From Zygnema circumcarinatum SAG 698-1b (lineage: Eukaryota > Plantae > Zygnematophyceae): DNA of 64,000 bases. Position 1 is the stretch's first letter; each line of letters begins with the position of its first letter. A model generated the notes under the pieces. That model was not told the DNA's origin. It worked only from the letters and a program-made list of their open reading frames with translations, and made no database searches. The position numbers and the translations under genes are program-made. Where the stretch lies: the NCBI GenBank assembly GCA_037447605.1, contig CM074819.1:890297-954296 (forward strand), written 5' to 3'. Positions 30,432-51,400 of the stretch are shown in pieces.

Positions 30432-31658
30432 GGTTGCTCCCGACTTGCCCATACTTTCGAACCCTAACCCTAAAACAGAGTCAGGTGCTGCGTTCTGCAA
30501 TGACCTAAATTCCAATCAATCCACTTGGATGTCATGCAATAACCTCCCGAGTTTCCTCCCTATTTTTCCGGTTGTTCTTATGAAGAAATCCTGTGCCTGC
30601 GTACTTCATCATAACGTTCTTCCCCTTTTCTGCGAGGGGAGAACATTGCAGGGCCTCCTCAAATGAGTGGAGCCAGGCATGCAGGAAGGTACTATAGCGG
30701 GAACGACTGTTCCCAGTCAACGCCGGCTCTCTCTCTCTTCCCCTCTCTCATCCCCCACCCTTTGAGCACTTTAAGGTTCCATGCTCGGGTGACAGAAGGC
30801 CCGCCTGCATGGGAGGAGAGAGCGAGGCCTTCCAAAGGCTCGAGTCCCAAGCAGGGGCAGTTGGAGCGTTCGTTGACTTTTGACGACTAAGGCTTTCAAA
30901 GCAACGAAATTACTAATCCCCACGTTTCATGCCTCCCATCATCCCCAAGATGAAAGGTTGTTGCATGCTTGTCAAAGGTTACAAGAGTTTAGTACCATGT
31001 TTGGTATCCTTGTGTGAAGTGATTGTGTGCTTAGTTATATTACTTGTTTATCAAGACATTACAAGGTGGGTGGAGCTGAAACCAACGCAAGTCTGTAGGG
31101 AAAGAGCATAGAAAAAATAGGGTTATTGCATTTATAAGGTGGCACTCTATTCTGTACGCAGCCGCAATACCAGAACCTCATGACGACATTGTTCTGAAAA
31201 ACAGAGGAATGCATTGAGAGTAAAGCAATGCGAGGCACAGCTTTCACCCTACGGCCTCTTATTGCTCATTCAATGGAATGCCCATCCCTTCACTTTCTTC
31301 CGAGGCGAACCTACAAACTGCAGTACAACAGACGCTGCTTTCCCAGCGCTCTGTCAGACTTACTTCTCCACACATATGAATAGAATAGCTACAAGGAGTC
31401 TCTACTATTTCAAGCCCTGTCCCAAAGAAGCATAGATGAAGCTACCACGATGAACCATTGGTGTGCTGGGCCACCCTGCAGCAGCTTCCTTCCCCTCGAA
31501 GCGATACAAGACTATTTGAATTGTGAAAATTCAGCAGTCATCCTAAAGCGACTTTCCTCCCCTGACAAGCTTCCTCCCAAGGACAGAATAATGTCGCTGT
31601 ACAGTTTGATTTCTCTCCTTTAATAGAAATGCCAGTGATATGTTCCCCTCTGCATCAT

Positions 31659-40687
<9,029 letters not shown>

Positions 40688-40909
40688 GGCGCGGAGGCAG
40701 CGCTTCGTTAGGGCCACGTGGCGAATCGGCACACTTTAGCGAGTCGCACGTGTGAAGCCGCGCCCTCCGCGTTTCCGGGGGCCCTTGCAGGGGGGGGTGG
40801 CGGGCGGGCGGGCCGGGAAGGGGAAAGGGAGGGGAGGCAAAGCCGCTGGTACTGGGGACCCGGGGGCCCGAGGGGGGGGGGGGGGCCCGAGGGGGGGAGG
40901 GGGGGATAT

Positions 40910-41135
40910 ACCGCGATATATCACGATATGCCGGAATATGTCACGATGCGTTGCGATATATTCCGGTATATTACAATATATCGTGATAGATACAGACGAT
41001 ACGCGTATGAAAATGGTCGTATTCCGATACTAGGCACGGATATGGTACAGACGCTATGGCGCGAAGGTTGGAAAGGGACGGAGGTGTCGATAATATTGCG
41101 ATATATCGGCAACGATATGGGCGATATAGTGGTCG
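40910..41135. repeat. CGATAT/CGATAC-rich low-complexity block upstream of the PHD gene
   Basis: Repeated CGATAT, GATAC and CGTAT motifs. GCCACGTGGC at 40713-40722 lies just upstream of the ATG. Could be a promoter array or a transposon subterminal remnant. Confidence 0.55.
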
Positions 41136-41684
41136 ATGTGGGATGGGATCGTTGATTTCGTGGTAATTGCAGTACGGTTGTGTGCAGAGATTAGCGAACC
41201 CAACAAACTGCCGCAGCGCGTAAAGCACCAAATGGGTATTCTAAATTATTAGGTTCTTTGCTCTGAAAAAGTAAGTTTTTTTTTTCTTCTTAAATTGACT
41301 GAGGTTTGAAAACGTTTTGAAAGGTTGGGCATTTTATCAGCGGTTCTGGGTGGCGCAGAACAAAAGAAAGTTCCAACAGACCACAGGCGAAACCTGGCAG
41401 AATCCAACTCTACAGAATGGCTTGAAGCCGGAAACTTTGCACCAGTTTGCACTGGAGTTCACCACTCGCTTGAGATGTGGCTCCTTTGAAGTTCCATATT
41501 TAGTAATGTAAAGAGGACTGAGATGAAGGAGGGGAACAAAGCCTTTCTGGAGAATTCCAAAAGCAATACAGAAAAAGGGTAAGTTGTGACAATGGTCAAC
41601 GACATCTTGCACGGCTCGAATTTTTTAATCGCTATTTCATTGGTGGAAATAGGCATTACAGAGCGTGTGGCTTCAGACCGGCCT

Positions 41685-44490
41685 TCACGAATTGCCAGCG
41701 AGGGACTGCTTGAACCGAGACACTCGCCGCTTTGGAGGATCTTCTGTAGAAATGGACTCCTGGCAATCCAAAAGCAACGACGTTGGGCATGAGGAGACTG
41801 AAGAGTCTAACTAGAGCGCAATATAAGACATGCTTCATACATAACATGCTTCATATAAATCATGCCTCCTGTACGAGATGCACCCACAAGGGTGAGAAAA
41901 GCAAAGGGGGCAGCAATGGCTCTGAATTCAAAAGTTTCGAACGCGTACCTTCGGGTGACTTCCTCTGACATTTGACGAACTTGAAGGTTCAGTTGCTGAG
42001 TGCTCCGTTACAGCTCCTGTAAACGCCTACAATATGCTCCCCTCATGCATGCAAAACGTAAGAGGCAGATAGCTCCATTGTGCATGGGACAAACCTTGGC
42101 AACGTGCTTCCTGCTCACTTCTTCCTTTCAATGCTTACAAGCAAGCAGGCAAGTTAATAAGTAAGCCCTCGTAGAGAAGCTCACCCGCATCTGCGACTCC
42201 GAAGGCTCCATTTTCCAACCCCTCTCCTCCATTTCCTTGTCTCCTTTGCTCCTCTCCTGCTCCATATAGACCCCCCCTTTCTCCTTGCGTAAATATACTC
42301 AGATACCTTACCATGCCAGACCAAGGAACCCTATAAACTGAACCCCCTTTCTTAAAGCAGAGAACAGTTCCTCAAACTCCATACAAAGAGAGTGTAAGGT
42401 CCAATGTAAAGAAAGACAAGCCATTGTAGTTTGAAGGGGAAAGTAGTCTCACCCACAAATCATACCCTGAACCGTTTGATTCTCTCCTTTCCAGATTCTC
42501 ATCCCAAGTCACTCCCTTCTTCGCCCGTGGACTCGCCGCCCCTCCCACACCCTTCCTCCCTCCCTCCCTCCCAACTCCAACATCCTCAACACCTATCTGC
42601 GGTCTAAATTGCTCAGAAAGAGCCATTTTCAGGCTTACCTCCTCTTCAAGATTGATCGTCGATTTCGGGACCTCAAGTGATTCACCCCCTAGTCCATTAT
42701 TTGTAAGGTCTTGAAAGTCTTCCTTCCCATGAAAAGCTACCTCCTCCTCCTCAGCTTCCAACCTCTCCAGCTCTTCTAACCTCGCCATGATTTGCATGTG
42801 CTCCTTTTCCGATTCTTCAGGGGAGACCTTTTTTGTAGGTTTCTTCTCCTCGCGTGCTGCACGGCGACAAAAGAACGAAGAATTTAGGGTTTCTCGACCT
42901 AAAGTAAGTCGGTCGGGATAAGTCGGGATTCAATTGGAGCAAGGAAGCCAAAGGACAAGCTTTGCTTTCACCTGCTCGCTGATAGGCCATAGCTTCATCA
43001 TAGTCCTCTCTGATTTCCACCACCCCTGCCTGCTCAAAAACAGTCAGCTTTAGCTAGAAGCCTTCAAACTTCTCAAATTTCTAAGATATCTACAACATGC
43101 TGCAACAGACCCTCAAGTCTTCTCGGAAGTCTATGGACTTGACGGGTTTTGCCGTTCCATTTCAGAAAGTGAAAAATTTTGTCATCATGAATGACTTGTA
43201 GGGTTTCCAAATAATTGAAGTTAAGTACACACCGCAGATTCTTCTGCAGTTCCGTAAGCGAAAGCGGCTTCAGCTTGCAAGTCTTTGATCCTCCCCTCCA
43301 CCGCAGAAGCTCGGCTGCTTAAAAATTCCGAGCGACGATCTAATATTGAAATCGCCTGACTTGAAGATCTCAGAGCGTAATAGCCCTCACCGAGAAGAAC
43401 CTGCAGAAAATTAGAGCTATTACTAGCAGCAACTTAGCGAGTGATTACGATTTATGCGGCTGTTCATTTCGAACTGTAGATTTCATTCACTAGTCAACCT
43501 TGTACTAGAAATTGGTCGACACTCTCGTCATCTGACGGACCAGACATATAGACCTCCCTTCAATGCAAGGAAATGCAATGGGAACAGGAGTACGAAAGAG
43601 AGGGAAAGATCGAGAATGAAAGTGGGAGAGGGAGAGGGAGAGGGAGAGGGAGAGGGAGAGGGAGAGGGAGAGGGAGAGGGAGAGGGAGAGGGAGAGGGAC
43701 AGGGGGGAGAGGGAGAGAGAGGGAGAGAGGGAGAGGGAGGGAGAGGGAGAGAGCGGGAGAGGGTTGCATGTGAGGGAGCCTTAAGGATGGAAGAAAAGAA
43801 TTCTCACCGTGAGCTCGTTAGTGTGCACAAGTTGGCCAGGAAAGAAAGCGGCTTTCCCAAAAGGGACCTGCATGGCTCAGAAGGGAAATTGTGCACAAAG
43901 GCAAGGAGACCATCAATATATCTCGAATGCGGATTCCTCATGAACGTCATCCAGGGAAAAATCACCTGACATTTTGCCAGAATTGTTGTCCACTAGAGAT
44001 AAAAAAAAAAACAAGGAAAATGGAACCTGACAAGAAATTAGAAACCGAGAACGAAGGAACATGACATAAAAGAGAAGAGGTGAGACCGAAGGAGAGACTA
44101 CGGTCTTCGAAACATCTTGAAAATATGAAAAATATGGGAGTATGAGAAAATATCGAAAATATGGGATTGAATTTAGCAAAAATAATACTCCAAACAAAAG
44201 ATGACGAAAATTAAAGAAAAAAACTAAATTGGGAAAATATGAGGGCCCTCACGAGGTCGGCACTGTGCAGGGCTTGCCATGACTCGGTGTGCCGTTTTGA
44301 GAGGGAGCTCCTGAAGGAGGCGCACTAGCGCGTGGTTCTCGCGCTGGAAGCCGCGAAGCGAGCGCAGGCGCGCCTGCTCCTCCGCCGTCTGCGCCTGCAG
44401 ATGCCTCGCAGCAGTCAGGGCGTCGCCCACTGCAAGAATGGGGGAAGGGCCCATGCCTGCTGCTCCTGCTCCTCCTGCCCCGTCATCCAT
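41685..44490 (-). CDS. URI1: URI1/Bud27-like unconventional prefoldin (RPB5-interacting)
   Basis: Exons 44490-44278 ([16 protein letters not shown] donor), 43867-43808 ([19 protein letters not shown]), 43400-43233 ([12 protein letters not shown]), 43029-42972 (GVVEIREDY), 42856-42453 (IMARLEELE), 42026-41949 (AFTGAVTE), 41759-41685 (RVSRFK, TGA); in phase. Confidence 0.92.
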
Positions 44491-44696
44491 CCCAAGAAAA
44501 CCTACAATATGGAAGCGTTTGCACTCTCTTCTCTCCCTCTCTCTCCTGTCTCTCTCCTTTCTATTTCTGATTTTGTCTTCAGCCCTAATTCCCACTTAAT
44601 GCCGACCCCCTCTCGCCCTGCCTCTCTCCCTCTCCCCTCGTCTTTCCCACTCTCTCCCTCATCGATCCTTGCTGGGGAAAATGTCCACTTTAGGGC

Positions 44697-45070
44697 GTCA
44701 CGTGACAAGTGCACGGACGACAGAAAGAGTACGAATACAACTAAGACTGTTACTAACCAGACGAAAACTGTACGATTATAACTGAACGTGTACGAATCCA
44801 GCAACAGCGGTCGTGATGTACGACTTCGTACCATTAGAGCCGTTCGGAGGCGCAACTATGTGTCGCGTACCATGCTCTCAGTTCAGGTCACGTGACATAG
44901 AACTCTAGATTTGACATACTTCTATGTTCTCAGTTTCACGTGACATAGAACTCTGGATCTGGTACATTTCTCTAATCTCAACGTGGCAGATCGAACGGTC
45001 GATGTGGTTCAAAGTCTTGAATGTCCAGGTTTGTTCAAAATCTTGAATGTCCAGGTTTGTTCAAAGTAGT
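44697..45070. promoter_or_regulatory. URI1/orphan-gene divergent promoter: TCACGTGAC x3, GTAC cluster, direct repeats
   Basis: GTCACGTGAC at about 44697 and 44887, TTCACGTGAC at about 44935; TCACGTGACATAGAACTCT duplicated 48 bp apart; six GTAC cores at 44729-44870; ACGTGGC at 44981; 26-bp direct repeat at about 45017-45068. Confidence 0.55.
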
Positions 45071-45824
45071 ACTTCAGATGAGATCTCTTATACGTTTTCT
45101 CTTTCTTGAGGCGCTCCTATTTGACATTGTTCTGCAAACCGGCGTGCACAGTACTTTGCAGAAATCGGCATTGGATGATGCCAAGGCGTTGCTGGTCGTT
45201 ATCTTGAGTGAATAATGCAAAATATATTGCAATGCATTGGTGGCTTGCAATAGTATGTAATGAGATGAATAAATACAGTACATGAAAGTAATTGAATTTG
45301 AAATTGAAGTTAAAAAAAGAAAGATAACCTGCTTATGGGTTCTACAATTCTCACCCTCCCCACACACCTCTCTCTCTCTCCCTGTGCCAGTCCCCTGCCT
45401 GTCCTCTATTTTCCTCATATTGGAGTCGTAGTCTGTACGGTTGTTGATGCCGCAGGATGCGATATTGTAAGGCACGCACAACATATTCAAGTGCCGACAA
45501 CGGCAACTCCAATCTACACCCGCCGCGTCATGCATGACAATGCTATGCTTTTCTAGTTTTGCTCCATCTGTCGGCCTCTCCTCTCCCCTCCCGCTACCCC
45601 TCCCTGCTCTCTCTCTCGCTCTCTCTCTCAACATGCAGAAGCACGACCTTGCTACCAGGCCACGCCCGTTTACATTTTAATTCCACGTTTCATTTTCCGA
45701 CAGAAAAAAAAATTACGAAGTCTTTAAAAAGACTGCGCTTTTGTTTCAGCTTGCAAGGACTTTACAGCGTCTGCAGTCTGCAGGGCCTGCAAGTCAAGCT
45801 AGAGCCGAATTTGAAAGCATCAGC

Positions 45825-46482
45825 ATGAGCTGGGTGCGGTGGATTGTAAGCACCGCTCTTGGCTGGTTAGGGTTTCCAAAGACAATCATGGAGGCGGTTC
45901 AGAAAGCTCTTGGAATTCCCTCTCTCACGCTAACAGCGGCACTGGTGGCGGTCGGGCTGCCGACCTTTCCGGTCACTTGGTGGCTATGGATTGTTTGGCC
46001 GACCCTGAAATTCTGCAGATGGATGGCGATCTATTTTGGATATTGGCCCCCTTTCAAAGACGACAATCAGCAGGGAAAGGTGTTTGGATTGTCCTTCGTT
46101 TGTTTTTGTTTCGAGAAAGCTTTCAAAATTTGCGTGAATGCTGAAATTGTCTGATGTTGGATGGATGACTGGGTAAGGTATTGCTGCACCTGGAATAGTC
46201 GTTATATTCCGTCTTGATTTGCTTGGGAGTTTGTTGCAGTGAAATTTGCACTTGATTTTAGCCATTTCAGTGCCACTTATCAGTTGAAGCTCGAATAGTC
46301 CAAGAATCGTTTTTCTTTTCCAGTGGAAGAGTTTAATTTTGGCACATGATGAACGCTTAAATTTTGTTATATGTACCCTATTGTGGTTAAACAATGTCAA
46401 GATTCTATTATTTTTGTCTTTCTGGCAGTTTGACTGCTGCAGAAAGCGAAGTGATGATGCCCAAAATAGTTATAGACTTTGA
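45825..46482 (+). CDS. Putative orphan small Trp-rich membrane protein (~102 aa)
   Basis: ATG at 45825. Exon 1 45825-46079 (MSWVRWIVSTALGWLGFPK...VGLPTFPVTWWLWIVWPTLKFCRWMAIYFGYWPPFKDDNQQGK|GT); tentative exon 2 46429-46482 (FDCCRKRSDDAQNSYRL*) after a pyrimidine tract and CAG. Oriented divergently from URI1. No family recognised. Confidence 0.5.
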
Positions 46483-47574
46483 GTAGCGTTCAGTTCAAGA
46501 AATAAAACTGACAACACCCCCTACTTCTTTATTGAGCCTTTGGATGATTTTCAAGGCGCATCTTTTTTCATGTCAGGGATCAACTAGGCTTAGGTTGATA
46601 CCAGTCGTCTCTTGAGAGACAGAGCAATTGAAAATTGAATGATTCAGTGGTGTCGAGCAAAGGGGGGCAAAGTTTATGTGAGTAATAATAAGTTGCGCCT
46701 GAAGCTGCAGAGGCAACTTATATGCCTCCTTTAACGATGGCAATTATCTGATCTTTCGGTCGTCTTTACGATAATGGAGATGAATAACCTTGGCCGGGAA
46801 GACATGTAACTGTCCAGACAGCAACAGCTGCTGTGTCATGCAGCCCTTTTTGGCCTATTTTTTGAATGCGCATATGTCCATATAGCCATCTTGTTTCTAT
46901 GTGGTATAGTAAGTCCAGTCGCTATTCAGATACTCCCTTCTAGTGATGCTTATTTCTCCGCCTTGAAAGGCACCAAACCTGCCATTTATTTACATCTTTC
47001 ACTTTTTGTGCTTCCCTGTGTTCATGGGCAACTGCCGTCCATAGGTGCAGAGTGATGCGGCACATTTGGATCACGCAGAAGTTTCCCAAGAGGATGGGCA
47101 ACATGCTTCTTCTGATGAAGGCCATACCGCCAGCCATGCACCCGGACCTTCTTGAAAGGACTGCTGCTGGAAAGCTGGGAAAGGTTGGACTTGGGAAGAT
47201 TGCGTTCTGGGTAGAAACTGGGTAGACTGATGGTGCAGACTGTTATTGACGGGAATTGAGTCCAGGAGATGTAGTAAAGTTTGAGCCGAGTATATGTGGT
47301 TTGGCAGTCAGCTTCTTAAGATGGCCAAGGAGTTGTTCCTGGAGGACCTTCTCCTTTGGATGAGACAATCATGGAGTCATGGTACCTTGTCGGAGAACCC
47401 TCTTTGTGGATGTTCTCACCCAACCTCTGAAAGTTTACTCGAAGGAGAAAATGGCATTACTCCAATTCGATGTAGTAGTATAAAACTGTCAACTGCATGT
47501 CGATGGTCGACATCTTCACGAACGACATTTGAGTTGTTGTTGGTAGCACGTGCAAAATATCGAACAACCGAGAC

Positions 47575-47942
47575 CATATCGTATCGCAAAGTGTCATATC
47601 GTATCGTATCGTATTGCTCCTAGCGTACCGTATCGTACCGTACTTTTGCTTTGGAAAATGGTCAACTCCTTCGTTTACTGTAATCGATACAGTACAGTAG
47701 TCGTATGGAGTTCGTACAGACTTAGCCGTACAGGCTCGGCCGATATTTGCTACAGAAGCTTGGCAGCGAGTAACGTGCGCCACGTCAGATTTTGCTCACG
47801 TGGCAGCCTGCTGTTGGCGGTGAGCCGGTATGGCTGGCCTTTATGTCATTGGCCGGTGGCTTTTTGCAGACATCCCACGCGTCCGTACCGTACGGAAGAC
47901 GGCTGCCGGGTGCGGAAGAGCGCGGGGGGGCGGCCACGTGGC
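47575..47942 (+). promoter_or_regulatory. DET1 upstream region: (CGTAT/CGTAC)n pentamer block and G-boxes
   Basis: 5-bp-period CGTAT/CGTAC run at about 47595-47643; CGTAC at 47713 and 47727; CCGTACCGTACGG at 47883-47895; GCCACGTCAG at 47779, TCACGTGGC at 47796, GCCACGTGGC at 47933; then a GA tract to the ATG. Confidence 0.55.
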
Positions 47943-48412
47943 GGGACCACGCGGCCGGCCGCGCACCGCGGCCTTGCAAAGGCTGACGCCGTGCGGGCAG
48001 GGGAGGGGGGGAGGGGGGGAGGGAGAGGACGAGTGGGAGTGGGAGAGGGAAGGAGAGGTGGGAGGAGAGAGGGGAGGAAGTGAGAGAGGGAGAGGGGAGG
48101 GAGGACCGGGAGAGGGAGGGAGGGAGGGAGGGAGAGGGAGGGAGAGAGGGAGGGAGAGGGGAGGAGAGAGGGGAGGAGAGAGGGGAGGAGAGAGGGGAGG
48201 GAGGACTGGGAGAGGGAGGAGGGAGGAGAGGGAGAGGGAAGAAGAGTGGGAGACGACGAGTGACGGAAGGCGGTAGAGATAGGGTTACGTTCCGGGAAGT
48301 GAGTTATTCCAGCCACGGAAGGGCGGTAGTGGAACGGGAGAGGGAGCGGTAGGGAGGAGGGCTGCAGGTGGAGGGAGGGAAAGAGGGAGGAGGGCATGGC
48401 TTGGCGGACCGA

Positions 48413-51400
48413 ATGGTGAGCTGGCGGCGCAGCGGGAACCTGTTGCATCGGCTGCAGGCGCGGGAGGTTGAGCGCTCCAGGCCGGGCACGCAGGCAAGCA
48501 CGCACGCACCCCTGCAGGGAATTTGGGTGAATGCAGGCTTGCGATACAGAACAATGGTTACTAGCGGAAATAGTAGGAAACACTAGGTTCAGGCATACAG
48601 AAATTAGGGATGATTCAGTTCTGAAATCGAAAATATGGTGGATTTAGGAATGCGGGGGATTAGGGTTAGTTCAGGAATGCAGGAAATACTAGGTTGATTC
48701 AGACATGCAGAAATCTGAGGATGATCCAGAAATGCAGAAAAGTAGGGTGGATTCTGGCTTGCAGACAAACGGGGTTGGTTCAGGAATGTACGGAATTAGT
48801 GTTGATTCGGGCTTGTTGGAGGCGAAGAATTTAGGGTTCATCAGGAATGCGGAAAATGAGAGTTGGCTAAAGCTTGTAGGAAATTAAGGTCAGAGCTTGC
48901 AGGGGATGAGGGTTCATTCAGAGCATGCAGGGATTAAGGTCGATTCAAGCATGCAATAAGTTTGGTTCTGTGTCAAAAATGATAAGGGCCGGAGAAATGA
49001 ATAGGTTGCAATAAGTTGCAAGAAACTGGAAGAAAGATCAACAAATATTCACTCGAAAATGCGCGCAATTAGCTTTGGCGAGTGGTTTTAAAGCGATTAA
49101 TCTTGTATCGATTTTTTGCTGAGGGATACAGCCAAGTATGTCAGCGCATATCCTTTAATGCCGAACCTGTAACTGGCAGTGCTCATGCATAACCTTATCT
49201 TGCGGATGACTTGTCCATGCCATGCCATGCCATCCCATCCCATCCCATCCCATCCCATCCAATAGACAACATTGCAGCTATGCTCAGGCTCCATTGAAGC
49301 ATCTGCGTTCAGTTTGCTGCCTTATCCTTACTGATCATGGGGATTCATCTTGGACAGTCTCAAATCCACCTTGAATGCGCGGAAAACTTATTTCCAACGT
49401 GTCGCTGCTCTTTTCCACGGTTGCTGTTCTCGCATGTGCAGGTTCATCAAGTGCGCCAGCTATATGAGAACATCGTTCCGTCGCACACCGTGTTTGAGGT
49501 CGACTGCCCCGACCATACCATTCGACGGTTCAGCCACGACGGGCAATACTTAATTTGCTTTTCACGTAATGGGCATGAGCTCGTAGTGTACCGGCACCAC
49601 TGGCTTAAGTGCGTACGCCCTGCTTTCAATTTCCTATCATTCTTGAGTAGAGAATGACAAGGGCATCATACTTAGGGGAGTTTTGAACAGCCTTCATTTC
49701 CATGGTTTTGCCAACATAACCGTACAAACGCAGTGTACTTCTTACTTCCTCCTCTGCTGAGGTGCAAAGCAGTCCTAGTTTGAGGGGCCCGAGCACATCC
49801 AGCAACATCTCAAACTCTTGTTCATCCGTTGCCTTAAAGCTTTTCCTGTATGATGAATAGTTCCGTGAGTCCTTTGTTGGTTGCAGCTACAGCATTAAGG
49901 GAGACGAAGACTCATTGGATGACCCCGATGCTCTCCCCCCAAAAGCCAAAACTTTTGATGGTCATTTCTCACAGCTCTACTCAGTCAACCTCGCCTCTGC
50001 AAATGAATCCCTCTGCAAAGACTTTTTCCTCTGCACAGAGAGCAGCATCTATGGCATTTTTGTCACATCCTCAGCACTTGAAAATAATGCACCGACTGGA
50101 AGGGGTACAGTGCCAGGTGTCCCGAGCATGGAGAAGATCACATTTCTTCTTGTGAGGTAAGAAATGTGGGAAGTATGACAGATTGTAAATGTAGCAGTTT
50201 GTGGGGTATCAGTATTCAGACACTTCACTTTGAAAGGTTTGAGGATTTAAGTGCGGCTTTCTGGGGGTCTTGAGTTTTGCAGGCTCGCGGATGGCCATGT
50301 ATGTGACAAAAGGTCGTTCGACGATGATTATATCCACCTCTCACACAATGCAGGGGTATTTTTGTACGACGATCTTCTGGCAATTCTCAGTATTCGTTAC
50401 CAGAGGATTCACATTTTTCAGGTGGGACCAAACTGTCCACTATCTGCAGATGCTTCAGAAGAAATCTTGCAGTCGTTCTTGTCTCCTCAGTAAACTTGAA
50501 GAATGGTTTCCAAAAAATCCGAAAAAGTATCTCATTTGTATCCGCATGCTCAACCATCCACTCTTCACCCTTCCATTACAGCCGGATTTTTTAGGGTATT
50601 AAGCTTGAAAACTAGGGGATAATCATGTGGAAAAAGGTCTCTTGCAGGTCCGTGAAAGTTCCGGAGTTTTTGTGGATGCTCGAGTAATCGGAATGCACTG
50701 TCGGGAAGATGACGAGCTCGTTCTCACCTCCCAAGCGCAGGAGGAAACGAGATTTCAGAGCGAGCAGGAAGCACTTCGGAAGGCTCGAGCAATGTCACCA
50801 ATCGCTAACCTTACTGTTGGGGAAAATCTTAGCCAAAAGGAAAATATTGTAGGGATAGAAACTCTGAAAGGGAGAAAGATGGTAGAGCCTGCAGAGTACA
50901 GTGAATCGCTGGGGTGGGGTCCACCCCCACAAGCTGAAAATGACAATGGGAGCTTGGGAGGTGGTGAGCCGGGAGGGGAGGGTGGGAGGAGACATATAGG
51001 TAATGGGGATGGGCATAGAAGATATTTGGTGAACGGAAGTCATAGCTTACGTGATGTGGGTGGATGGGGAGTAGGAGGAATTGTAGAGAGTACAAATTTG
51101 AATCTTGGAGGGGGAGCCCTTTCAGTAGCTAGGGCAGCTGCATCTGCCGCTTTGTCTTCAGGAACAAGAGGGGCAGGTCAAGTTGGAGTCCCCACGTTTG
51201 CTACATATGAAAGAAGGTATGGAGGGGGTCATGGGGGCTCACACGCAGTGGGTGGGAGCATGCAGCGACCTGGGGGGGGGCAGGCTGGTTGGAGCAGAAG
51301 TGGGGGAAGTGGGGAGAGGGGGGGAGGAGGAGGGGCAGCTTCGGCGTCTGCACGGAGTGGGAGTGAGAGTGAGAGCAGCGCAGGAAGTAGAAGTGTGGGA

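Noticed and set aside
46700-47460. Possible degenerate coding sequence between the orphan gene and DET1
   Set aside because: All frames are interrupted, and I recognised no motif or consistent splice chain.
49205-49262. (CCATG/CCATC)n pentamer run, and (CTGAA)n at about 32262-32290
   Set aside because: Ordinary simple repeats in introns, with no further structure.
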